From assembly GCF_036365525.1 (NCBI RefSeq), contig NC_090387.1, positions 88,391,691 through 88,455,690 on the forward strand: a stretch of DNA of 64,000 bases, read 5' to 3'. A program made the translations under genes and the position numbers. The stretch is from Heterodontus francisci. Its lineage: Eukaryota. This document shows, piece after piece, positions 1-11,849 of this stretch (position 1 is the first letter of the stretch; every line of letters starts with the position of its first letter). Below the pieces are notes generated by a model. It saw nothing but the letters and a program-made list of their open reading frames with translations. It was not told the origin of the DNA and made no database searches.

Positions 1-590
1 TTTCTGATGATACAACAGTATTTCTGATATGTCTTCCTTTTTCCTCAACCGAGTGATTCCCCCCCATCACTGTGGTTGACAGCGCCCTCAACTGTGTCCG
101 ACCCATTTCCCGCAGGTCTGCCCTTACACCTTTCCCTCCCTCCCAGATCCATGACAGGGTTTCCCTTGTCCCCACTTGCTGCCCCACCAGACTACACATC
201 CAAAGGATCATCCTCTGCCATTGCCACCACTAAATGCATCTTCCCCTCCCTTGTCAGGATTCCGAAGGGATCGTTCCCTCTGTGACATCCTGGTCCACTC
301 CTCATTATCCCTATCACCTTATCCCCTACCCATGGCACCATCCCATGCAATTGCAGGAACTATAATACCTGCCCTTTTACCTTTTCTCTCCTCACCATCC
401 AAGGCACCAAACACTCCTTCCAGGTGAAGTGGCGATTTATTGTACTTCTATCAATTTAGTATACTGCATTCGATGCTCACAATGTGGTCTCCTCTACAGT
501 GGGGAGACAAAGCGTAGATTGGGTGACCGCTTTGTCGAACACCTCTGCTCAGTCCGAAAACATGGCCACGGTTGCTTGCCATTTCAACAG
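1..590 (+). mobile_element. Penelope-like element fragment, GIY-YIG endonuclease region (degenerate)
   Basis: ORF 429-674 reads CTSINLVYCIRCSQCGLLYSGETKRRLGDRFVEH, the Cys-containing GIY-YIG pattern typical of Penelope-like elements. Confidence 0.75.
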
Positions 591-625
591 CCCTCCTCCC
601 ACCCCCCGCCCCCATCGGGCCTCAC

Positions 626-907
626 CCTGACTACGACCCGAGTAACTGTCCTTCCCTGGAACCCCGAGAGATAGATGAAAAACCTGGCAGCTATAAACCG
701 ACCCGCACTGCACTGGGTTGAGGGAGCTGGAAACTTGATATAATCCCTCCTCGTTCCTTCATTCCCATCGTATTAATCCCAGATGTAATTTCATGTCATT
801 TTTGTACCAAGTGAGGTTAAACTCCTTTGGTAAGAAGTCAGCTGTTGTATAGACGAGTCTGAGGGACGGAGATGAGAGACGGGTAATCGTTACAGGTGTT
901 GGCGGCA
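626..907 (-). pseudogene. Degenerate Ig C1-set exon, paralog of the C1 exon at 29421-29702
   Basis: Same length (282 nt), phase-1 AG/GT ends (ctttcag|TG CCG CCA ... CAG G|gtgagg), aligns codon by codon to 29421-29702; first Cys replaced by Tyr, compensating -1/+1 indels and an in-frame TGA. Confidence 0.85.
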
Positions 908-1165
908 CTGAAAGAGCAGCCAGACAAAAAGCTGCAGCGCTGTTTCCCTTTAGGTGGGAAATGTTTAACGCCGTATTATTGGTAACGACCATGTCGGTTG
1001 CTTAAAGCAGTAAATTACAATATTTATTTCGATCGTGCGTTCATGCAAGACTCGATGACGGGAAAGCCCTGTGACAATGCACTGAAATAAATTAACAAGA
1101 CCGCAACCTCTCCTCCTTCCATTTTCAAAAAACTCGCGCCGAAGCTTTCGGAAGATTGACGCACA

Positions 1166-1363
1166 TGCGCACACGGTCTCGGGCCCACTGCGCATGCGCT
1201 GCGGTCCGGAAGGCCAGGACAAGATTGCGCATGCGCAAAGGCCAACCTGGCATGTTCCCCGAGGAAGATGACGGTACGCAATGACGTCATCTGCGCATGC
1301 CCAATCTGGTCCTTGCAATCCGGACCGCAGCGCATGCGTAGAGTGCCCGAGACCGTGTGCGCA
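1166..1363. repeat. CpG-rich palindrome, 72-bp arms, with multiple GCGCATGCGC-like motifs and a CRE palindrome in the loop
   Basis: Arms 1166-1237 and 1292-1363 are reverse complements with 8 mismatches by hand alignment; ATGACGTCAT at 1281-1290. Confidence 0.85.
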
Positions 1364-3089
1364 CCGCGGCGCATTCTGATGACGTAGCGTTGTCATCAAT
1401 CACTTTGTTGAATGAAACCTTCGGCTCACGTATGTAACCTTGCTGGGCGTAAACATAACGAAATTTGGCTTCAATATGAATTAACGATAAAAAAGCCTTT
1501 CATGACCTCAGTGCTACTTTGCAGTTTTGGCCAAGATTTTGTGTTCAAATCTCTGAAATGGAACTTGAGCCCGAGCTTTCGCATTCAGAGACGAGAGTGC
1601 TGCACACTGAATCACAGCTAATACCTGATAGCTGAAGAAATCAGGGCTGCTCTCTGTGGGACGATGCACAAATTGTCTCTTTGTGATATGTAATCCTCTG
1701 TCAATGGCGGCCTTCAACTCTAAAATGTGATACTGCAGCCTGTGAAAGGGATTCACGGATTGTGTGAATAGAGATCAATCCCAGCAAAAGTTTAACCGAC
1801 ATCTACTTCATTCAAATATGGAGAGACCGTGAGCATCAATTCCACACAAACTCATTCCCCATTCAACCATTCCTCCTTATATGCGTTGTTTATTCGATTA
1901 GGCAGGTCGAGTGCAACCAATATGGTGCATAAGTTGAGTTTAATGGAAATTAAGACAGAATATAACATACTAGTTTTGCAGGAAAATCATATGACTATGA
2001 CAAGTAGTAAGTACCGATCCAGGTCGAACAGGATGGCTGGCTTGTGTAAACAGCTCTTCTCTTTCTCGTTTCTCCTCAGTGTCTTTCTGCTTCTCAAAGT
2101 TTTCCCAAACTATTGAAGAATGTTAGACTGAAGTCAGCATGGATCCACCCCTGGGAGTTCTCCACCGTCTACTGTACTGTGGCCTTCCTAAAACCTTTAC
2201 TTAATACCTATTTCAGGGGTAGAGTTGAGTGTTAGAATGACCGAACTTGAGTCCTGCAAACATTCTTCTTGATATAACGTTTCAATGGTGTGTTGAGTTC
2301 TTTGTTTAAATCACATTGTGTTACGCTTCCACGGACCACTCTTGCACGTACTTCCTGCTCTTGATGAATGATACCTTTGCAGCATCTTCCATTATCTCAT
2401 CTTGTGCTGTTCCCCATGATGGGCTTCACAACTTCCTCGAGCCATCCTATCTCCGGCCACTAAACCTCTTTTCAGTGGCCTCATTGTTCGTATTGTCAGT
2501 TATTTATACTTACAGCAATTCATAACGTCAGCCATGTAGTCTAGTTGTTCCAATTCCTTTATTAGACTATTGAACAGTAAGATGATTTGCTCTGTTCATT
2601 CTGGTAACTCTTTTCCGTAGCTTCGTTTCCAGTGAAATAGATCTGAAGAAATTCCCAGCAAATCCTTTGCGAGCTGGTTTTCGCATATTTCCCCTTGGGT
2701 GTTTCATCCGTTCTGGAGTTTACTTTGGCTGGTCATTAAAAAGCAATTTTAAGTAGGTGAACAGTTTCACTTCAACTGCTAACAGTATTTGTAGTGCGAG
2801 AACAAGCTCTAATTGTGCTTGTGCGTGAGTGATATGACAGTTATTACTGGTGAAAGAGCCGAACTTATATAGATTGGCCGGATCCAGATCTAAACTTTAA
2901 ACTAAGTGGCATTTTGATCTAAGGAGAGTATAGTTTGGAGTTAGCGGTTAGCTAACTCGCCGTCAGCTGCAGGAATTGTGGGACTGATACCCCCGATGTG
3001 TAATGCAAAGTATTCCTGCTGTCCTTCTGAATCACCTTAACTGCAATAACTTCGGGTTCCTTGAATTTAAAAACCTGCTTGAGTATTGC

Positions 3090-4520
3090 TTTCTGTTTGG
3101 AACATCGTACAACTACTCAGTCGAGTTACACGCAACACCAGCACATTTAATGCAGCAAAATCTCTCAAGGCACTTAACAAGATCTATATCAATAAAAACA
3201 TTTTTGACACTGAGCTGCAAAAGGAGATATTAGCACAGATGATCAAGAGCTTGTTCAAAAAGGGAGTGTTTAAGGAACGTGCTAAAGGAGGGGAGAGGCA
3301 GAAAGTATTAAGGAGAGAATTCCAGAGTTGAAAGCACTTTGATAATGTTGGAACGATTGAAGTCAGAGATGCTCAACAGGCCAGAATTAGAGGAATGCCG
3401 GGATCTGAAAGTCTTGTAAGCCTGGTAGAGGTGGCAGATATAGGGAAAGGAAAGGCAATGGAGAGATTTGAAAATAAGATGAAGATGTTAAAATTGAGGC
3501 ATTGTCGGACAGGGTGCGAGTGTGGGTCAGCAAGAATGGGGTAATCGATGAACGGGAGTTTTTCGAGTTAAGATACGGGCATTGGCATGTTGAACGAGCA
3601 CAAGTAGAGCGGAAGATTAGTGGCCGGGCAGGAGAACATTGGAAAAGTCAAGTCTAGAACTAACAAAACCATGAATGAGCAGATGAGTGGAAGCAGGGTC
3701 GGAATTGGGTGATATTGCGGATATTGTGAGAAGTAGGCAGACGTGATGATAGAGCGGCTATGTGGTCGGCAGCTCATCTCGGGGTGAAACACGACATCAA
3801 GACTGTGAGTAGTCTGGCCCAGTTCCAGAGATGGAAACAGCGGCCAGGGAATGAGGTTTATGATGGGGACAAAAGACAATTCCTTCCGTCTCCCATATTT
3901 AGTTGGAGGGCATTTCTGCTCATCCAATATTGAATGACAGACAAATCAGACAGACTAATGGACGGGTACAGAGAGGTGGTGATGAGATAGAGCTGTCTGT
4001 CATCGATGTACATGTGAAATCTGATGTTGCATTTCCGGATAATGTCATGGAAGGGTAACAAATAGATACGAAATAGAATGGAGTCAAGGATAAATCCTCG
4101 ATGGACTTCAAATACAGTGTTGCGGGAGTGGCAAGGGAAGACATTCTCTGGTTACAATTTGACAGGTACGAATGGAACCAAGCAAGGGCAGATCCAGCCA
4201 GCTGGATGATGGAGGAGAGGCGGTGGAGGAGAATAGTGCCGTCACCTGTGTCTAAGCTTCAGATTGAATGATGAGAAGGGTTAGTTTATCACAATAAAAT
4301 TCACGAAGAATATCACTTGCGACTTCGACAAGGGCCGTTTCAGTATGATGGCGGTGCTGAAATCTGATTGGAGGGATTCAACCATGAATTATGTCAAAAA
4401 TGGGCCCGGTTTTTGGAGGCGATAACAGATCCAATGACTTTAGCGAGGAAAGTGAGGTTGGAGATGATGTAGTTTACAAGAACAGAGGGGTCAAGAATTA
4501 GTTTTTTGAGGAGAGCAGAT
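3090..4520 (-). mobile_element. L2-clade LINE remnant (RT and 3' end)
   Basis: Minus ORF 3858-4061 FHMYIDDRQLYL matches the L2-type YADDTQLY RT motif; many disruptions. Confidence 0.65.
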
Positions 4521-5039
4521 TGGAATTGGACTGCAGTACATTTGTAATTTGCTCCGCTCATTTATTATCCAACGTGTTGTCGTTTAGATCCACCCCCGTT
4601 GCATTCCTTTCCTCTATTTACTTCTGATTCATTTTCTTACTATTCTCAGTTGCTGTCTGGTAATGCTGAGCAGGCTTCACTTTAGCGCCACCCTCGATCG
4701 TTGATAGCACTACTGTAGTGGTACAATTTGTTGAAGTGCACTCGGTTCTTCCCTGACTGCTTCTCCTTTGACTGCTGGAGCGCTGGTCAGAACAGATTGT
4801 TAATTTCATACTTGTGCTGTAGTTCGCGGTTTTTACAACAATCGTGTTTCTCATGCTGTAACTCTGACTCCGGTTTTCCAGAATGATACCCGAATCCACA
4901 GACAATAATGTCAGATCCTGCAACAGATATTGAGCTTGGAATGTCGGAACGAACAGAGACACTACAATTGTGGCAATTGACAAGCCTTGTTGCTGTGGAG
5001 CTTCAAACAAAGTCTTTCCATTGCCTCAACTAAAATTCT

Positions 5040-5688
5040 GGGTTTAAAGCAGAAAAAAAGTGGCCACGGGCCGGTTTTAACTGGATGTCTGTTCTGTTAG
5101 CGTCTGTGCGGAAAGATACATGAGTTTGGGTATCCACGTTCTCAAATCACTAAAAACCAGTGCACAAAAGTAGTCAAGAAGTCTAATGGTATATTGGTCT
5201 TCATCTCAAAGGTTTTTAAATACAAAAGTTACAATGAATGTTTCAGTCTTACTGAGCATTGTTCAGACACCATTCGGAGTACATCACATCTCAGGAATTA
5301 TGTATTGACCTTGGAGGAGTACAGTGCAAACTCATAAGATTGACAGCTTGGTTGTAAGAGTTAAATTATGGATCTGGTTGCATCTACATGATGTGTACTT
5401 CTTTGAGTTCAGAGGTTTAAGTCGTTATATAATGGAGGTGGTTAAAAATTATAACGGGATTCGATAGGACCAATACAGAGAAAGTTTCCTTTGGTGGGGA
5501 ACGCCTGCAGAAGTGGATGTAATGTTAAGTGTTAGACTATTCAGGAGTGAAATCAAAAATTACTTTGTGACACAACAGCTGGTAGCAATCTTTTCCCCCA
5601 ATAGGCTGTGGATACTGGGTTAATTGAAATGTTCAGTTCTGAGGTCAATGGATTTTTATTATATTAAAAGGCCAAGGGATCTGGATCG
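5040..5688 (+). mobile_element. CR1 LINE 3' remnant
   Basis: Degenerate similarity to the CR1 ORF2 C-terminal region seen at 24800-25450. Confidence 0.5.
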
Positions 5689-6166
5689 AAGTAAAAGCAA
5701 AATACTGCAGATGCTGAAAATTTGAAATAAAAACAAAAAATTCTGGAAATACTCAGCAGGTCTGGCAGCATCTGTGGAGAGAGAAGCAGAGTTAACGTTT
5801 CAGGTCAGTGACCCTTCAGCAGAATTGGCAAAGGTTGGAAATGTAATTGGTTTTAAACAAATAAAGCGGGGATGGGGCAAAAGATAACCAAAAAGAAGGT
5901 GTTGATAAGACAGAGTCGTGGTCGTGGAAATAAATAAGCAATAAACTAACCAACCCGTATGATCATCAACCAAGGCTGGCTCCCCTTAATGTTTTTGCTT
6001 AAAACCTATTACATTTCTAACCTTTGCCAGTTCTGCTGAACGGTCACTGACCTGAAACGTTAACTTGGCTTCTCTCTCCACAGATGCTGCCAGACCTGCT
6101 GAGTATTTCCAGAATTTTTTGTTTTTATTTCAAATTTTCAGCATCTGCAGTATTTTGCTTTTACTT
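5689..6166. mobile_element. Penelope-like terminal repeats in inverted orientation (about 170-bp arms)
   Basis: 5689-5860 and 5995-6166 are near-perfect reverse complements; same terminus occurs at 7870, 40466 and 41549. Confidence 0.8.
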
Positions 6167-7569
6167 TAAGTTTTTTTGGATGGTTTCACAGAAGTGCTCG
6201 CCCACTCAGCAATAGCATAAATATTGGGTTTCACAGGGAAATATCCGCCAGGCTTTCAGGAAGGTTCAGTCAGTCAGAGGCTGTTTATTCCGGATTGCTA
6301 TTCAATGACGATCTTTATTTTATTCATCATTATAATTTCATTCGAAGTTGTATTTTTTATATGCCAATTTTCCTTCAAATTCTCTCTTAGTCCTGCTACT
6401 TTTTTTTCTTCTGCGTCTCCTTATTGTCCATGCTCTGAATGATTTTCCGCTATGTTGTTAGCGCTAGATTTGCTATACAGCCCGAAAACTCAATCACCAC
6501 ACTACCACCTTTTTCGGCAGGCCTTTCTTCATGCGGGAATTTATCTAGTTTATACTTTAAGCAGCTCCTTTTTTGAACAATTGCGGAGGATCTTAGCTAC
6601 CAATATTTCTTGCCATTTTATCTGTTACCTCCAATGATATATCGGTCAAGTTGTTTTATTTCCAGTACTTTTTTGGTTGTACCTTCTCCTTTTCATTGAA
6701 AAAAAATCACTATCTCCTAAATGTTCTGTACTTCCTATTGTCTATCTGCTAAACTCCGTGCGCTAGAACGAGAACCAGCACTTCATCCTTTATTATTGAA
6801 TGAAATGACAGTTGATCTATAAAGGGGTCCTGGTCACAATGTAAAAGCCAGGCTCTTTATCCATCACGTCTATCTTTAGAAATTCGAAGTCACCTTTCAA
6901 TATGGTTCTAAAGCTTCTGTTCTCTTCTCCTATCTGTTTACCTGTTGCTTACGTTACATCTTTTCTGCTGACTGATGGTCTATAAATATTGCTAATATCG
7001 GAAATTCTGTTGCCAATAGAGAAATTCACGTTCCTTAAGTGTAAACAAGCAAATTTTCCTTTTTCTCCACCACTGTATGATTCCTGTTTTCCCACTCTAA
7101 TCGAACCTTTCAATGCACTCTGTCTCCTTGCTTTTCCTACCATATTCTACCTGAGTATTTTAGAAAAAAGGATGTTCAGCTCCTAATCCTCCTCTAGACT
7201 AAGCAGAGACGGTTAATCCTGTGATGTCAAACGCCTGCCATTGTATTTTGTATCGCTAGCTCTCTGGTTTTATTCACAATATTTTGTGCATTTCGACATA
7301 TGCATCTCAACACTGCTTCTCTGTGTTGAAATCCTTTTAATTACCCTCTTTTTGGTCTGTTTAGTGACTTACCTGCTTTCCTCACCTTCCCGACAGCCTG
7401 ACTCTCTTTTCCTACCCTTTCTGCTTCTTCAGTTTGTTCCTCTCTGCCATGGCTGGATCACACTGTAGTCCGATTCCTTACGCCACAACTCAATACTGTA
7501 CTGTCTGCAACAGCTGCACTCATAGCTTTCCCAGTTTGATTTCTGATCCTTATCTGGTATCAATAGCAG

Positions 7570-7860
7570 AAGTCACAGATCTTTGATTCATCTATGGCAC
7601 ATGGGCGCTACTGGCAAGGTCAGAATTTATTACCTATCCTTTATTGTCTTGGAGAAGGTGGTGGTGAGTTGTCTTCTTGAATACAACCGAATCGCGAGTT
7701 AGGCCACTTCAAAGGATAGATAAGAATCATTTCCCGTGGGTCTGGAATCTCATGTAGGCCAGAGTGGGAAAGGACGGCAGGTTCTCTTCCCTAAAGGACA
7801 TTGGAGACGCAGGTGTTTTTTTTACGACAATTGCTATTTTCGTAGTCACCATTATGTTGG
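7570..7860 (-). mobile_element. Deu-domain SINE fragment (SacSINE1-like), 5' truncated
   Basis: Deu-like core similar to 31800-31920 and 44230-44390 joined directly to the LINE tail seen at 34470-34550. Confidence 0.6.
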
Positions 7861-7867
7861 AAATTTG

Positions 7868-8060
7868 AGAGAAAAGCAAAAAAAGTGGTGGAAATACTCA
7901 GCAGGTCTGGACGTCTCTCTGGAGAGAGAAACAGAGTTAACGTTTCATGTCGACGACCTTTCATCAGAACTGGGAGAGGGAGAGGGAAAGATAATGTTTA
8001 TGATAGGGTGAAAGGCATGCGAGATTAAATGACAAGAGTGATGATTGCGCAAGGTAAATG
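7868..8060 (-). mobile_element. Penelope-like terminal repeat fragment with hammerhead motif
   Basis: Minus strand reads agttCTGATGAaaggtcgtcgacatGAAAcgTTAact around 7934-7971. Confidence 0.65.
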
Positions 8061-8879
8061 CTACTGGCGGGGTGTTGCCCTCTATTTGTGGAAGTGATGT
8101 GCGGACACGGACAGGTGGGACTAGAGGGAGGGGAGGGGCGGGGTGGTCAGCTGCACCTGTTAAAAAGCTTGTATTTTACCGTGAATACTGGTGATACGTT
8201 GTGATTCATTATATTCTATGTTCACCTGAATCACTGGCTAATGCGAGAACTGGCATGGACTCGATGGACAGACTGGCCTCCTTATGTGACGTAAATGACT
8301 CCATGTGAGAGTTTTGGACTGCGAGGAATCTCTCATCTAATGTAATTTGATCTAAATATAATCTCTCAGCTGCATGCAGATGCTAATTAATTACTCAGTG
8401 ACACAGGGAGACATCCACGCCCCAGAGCATATTCTGTAACTCCCTATCCAATTTTGCTATAATGGACACAGTGATTGATTAATATCCTCAGAGAAGTAAG
8501 TGGCGGTTTTTATATGCAGCTTCAATACATCCAGAAAGAGTATAACCGGAAATGAAAGTTATTTCAACATTCAAATCTTGAATTGCTCTAAACTAAACCG
8601 AAGGAGCAACATTCTTACACTGAAATAGTCGCGATCAATGAAGTGCAGTCATCAAACATTATCCGGAGGGTCCGTTAGGAGCCTGATAACAATTATTTAC
8701 TATCTACATGGAACACATTCAGAACCCTCTTGGAACTCAGGTTTATTCGCGACATGGGTCTAAAATAACCACCATAGTTCAAACCTTCCAAATTAACATA
8801 CATGGCCAGGAAACGAATACTGTTATAAAATGTAGGTATAAAAGGATTGTTCAAAATAAAGTAAAAAGAACAAGTATTA

Positions 8880-10345
8880 AACACAATTTATCCTGCCTGT
8901 GCAAAAATCCAGAAAGCATGCGAAATAAAAAGGGGGAATTTAGGCAATAATCAGTAGCAAGGAAGTAGATGTAGTAGGAATAACTGAAACACGGGTATAT
9001 GATTAATGAGATGGGAAACTAATAATATTACAGGTTATGACATAACCAGAAAGTATAAGGAAGGAAGATGTCGGTGGGAAGCTGATGTAATTAGCGACAA
9101 TAGAAGAAAGGGATATAACTAACAGGAGGTTAGAAACAGAATCCATTTGGAATAAAGGATGAGATCGATCAGACTATTAGGAATATGATGCAGAACACTT
9201 TATAGTGACAAGGGGATGGAGGAAGAAACATGTAAGCAAATATATGAAATGAGCAGAGCACAAAGAACAATAGGGGCGGCGCAGTGGTTAGCACCGCAGC
9301 CTCACAGCTCCAGTGACCCGGGTTCAATTCTGGGTACTGCCTGTGTGGAGTTTGCAAGTTCTCCCTGTGTCTGCGTGGGTTTTCTCCGGGTGCTCCGGTT
9401 TCCTCCCACAAGCCAAAAGACTTGCAGGTTGATAGGTAAATTGGCCATTAGCAATTGCCCCTAGTTTAGGTAGGTGGTAGGGAAATATAGGGGCAGGTGG
9501 GGATGTCGTAGGAATATGGGATTAGTGTAGGATTAGTATAAATGGGTGGTTGATGGTCGGCACAGACTCGGTGGGCCGAAGGGCCTGTTTCAGTGCTGTA
9601 TCTCTAAACTAAACTAAATATCTATGGGAGAATTTTGTTATCCTCAAATAAAGTAGCATGAAGAGGTGGTGAAAATGGTAAAAGTAATGAATTTTTTTTA
9701 CAATGTGTGCAGGACTTCTTTCTTACCCAATATATACAAAGCTCAACAATGAGGGAGCACTGTTCGATCTAGTAACGGGAAATGAAGCAGAACAGACAAG
9801 AGCAATAAACATAAGAGAACATAATGACAACAGAGATCACAACGTAACACGATTAACATAAAGTTTGAAGGGTACAAGTGAGACAACGATCAAAGTAATA
9901 ATTCGGAAATAACAGCTGATATTAAGGGGATTATGATAGAACCATGGATCATAAACTGGAACAAATACTGACAAAGAAATAGAACTGCAGTGGAGAACCT
10001 TTAAAACGGTGACCAACACGGTGCAGAAGAATATACATCACTAAAAAACGTGAACAAACTAACGAGTAATGATACACCATAGCTGGATTAAGAAATAAGG
10101 ACAGGATTGAAATTAGAGTAATAGACATACACTAAGCACATATACAGCAAAGGAAAAGATAAAACAAGAGAATATGAAAAGTTCAGGAAAAATGTCAAAA
10201 AATTGAAAAGCAAAAAGGAAGTAATAAATTAAAGCATCAAGGAACAAGGAAAATGAACAGTATCATATTCTTCAAACACATACATGACAAAGGAAAAATC
10301 ATGATGGTGATAGGTCCACACATGACAAACTAATGTCATGGCAGC
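8880..10345 (+). mobile_element. Old CR1 LINE, endonuclease/linker region, interrupted by a SINE
   Basis: Degenerate DVVGITET and LDLVxGNE-like endonuclease motifs; continues after 11850. Confidence 0.55.
9273..9618 (+). mobile_element. Full-length tRNA-derived V-SINE (HE1-like) with CR1-type tail
   Basis: A-box-like ggcgcagtggttagc, B-box gggttcaattc, V-domain core tgcgtgggttttctccgggtgctccggtttcctcccac, tail gggccgaagggcctgtttcagtgctgtatctc(taaac)n. Confidence 0.9.
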
Positions 10346-10399
10346 GAAAGGGCACTTTTCACGGCATAAAATACCGGCCTTAGGCTGTTCATATGTTTA

Positions 10400-11070
10400 A
10401 ACGATGTACAGCGAGAAATTATCTGATCAGGGTAACTATTGTCACTCAGGATGCCTTTGAATCAAGCTTGCATGGTGAGCAAATGGCTCGAGCCCTATTT
10501 ATGAGGTTGCTGATAAGGCCAATCTTATAGTGCATGGAACTGTAAGAATCCCAAGGCATGTATTGACCAAGTAGGTTTATGTTACACTGTGATAGAGAAT
10601 CCCTTAGCAGATTTCTCAACTAGTACATCAAGGAAAGGGACCTCATTTGACAGCTCCATTTCAAAGGAGAATTTGAGTGCAGGATGGAGCCCATTAACGT
10701 GTGTGAAGAAATTAATACATGCAGCTGTGGATTCAAATACAGCAAACATATCATTGACATATCAGAAATATGCAAGAGGTAGGAGGTTAGGTCTCATTCC
10801 TTCGAAGACATGTGGAGCAGTCAAATGAGCTCCCTTTCTTTGATGTACTAGTCGCCATAAACAGATGAATTCTCCATTGGCAACGCATCTACCAATCAGA
10901 GTCCACTTGCCAACCAATCAGCACTCTCTTCTCATACAGAATAAATTTGTTGCTTTCCCTTACATTGGTATTCCTTGAAATTGTCCTGATAAGTGCAAGG
11001 TGAAAAGCCTCAACAAAATGTCTCTGTTTTCAGCAACACTCAGGTTCTGTACTACTAAACGACTATTACT
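10400..11070. mobile_element. Second Penelope-like family: RT fragment (minus) with inverted terminal repeat (plus)
   Basis: Minus strand translates to YVNDMFAVF...LHPALKFSFEMELSNEVPFLDVLV (PLE RT thumb); 10860-11070 matches the terminus at 22616-22907. Confidence 0.7.
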
Positions 11071-11849
11071 TTAGACCTTGATGAATGAGGTGCACCTGGA
11101 TTTGTAACTGCGTACTAACTTTATAATTACTGCTAAACACACACGCTGGCCCTGAAAAGCTAATTTTATATTCACAGATTTTCAAATTTCCCAATATAAG
11201 AAATCCCTTTTTTAAACATTTTTTAAAGTTTGCTTTCCTTTATTTCAGCTTCTACCTGAATCTAAATGAAAATGAAATCAAAAATGAAGGGTGTTAAGTG
11301 CTTTTAATTTACTGGTTGGATATGTGTGAATAATTAAATGAGATTGGCTGCTTGCCTACTTGCTGACATTACCGTTGCAGCATGCCAGGGCATTCCCAGG
11401 CTTGGCACCTCCTTCAGGAAAGGGGGAAATCAAAGCACAAAGATTGCTTGATCTTTGAGGCAGCCTTGAGGTCAGCAGCGAACATTCTTGCTCTGCCATT
11501 AATAACAAAATCAGGGCACATATTTTTTTCAAGTTTTTTTGTAATATTTCAACTTCGACCTTACTCGCATATGCTTGTCCTTATTTATTCTGTTGGATGA
11601 TAATAAAACGTGTTGGATAATCACTGCATTTTAATTCCCTGTTTGATGTCTGAGAATACTTCAATGTGATTTGCTGCTTACCCTGCTTATTCTGGACGCT
11701 TGGAGATCGCATTGACTTGATGTCATGTTCGCATTAATATCAGGAAAGCAGAAATCCATGCCCTGAAGATCATTAGATCTTTTTGGCCGCTTTCTTCGAG
11801 GCCAGTGGTGATCTCTGTTGCATCGCTGCTAACAGCAAAGTGCAGGGAA

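Noticed and set aside
9273-9345. tRNA gene
   Set aside because: Continues into V-domain and CR1 tail, so it is a SINE head
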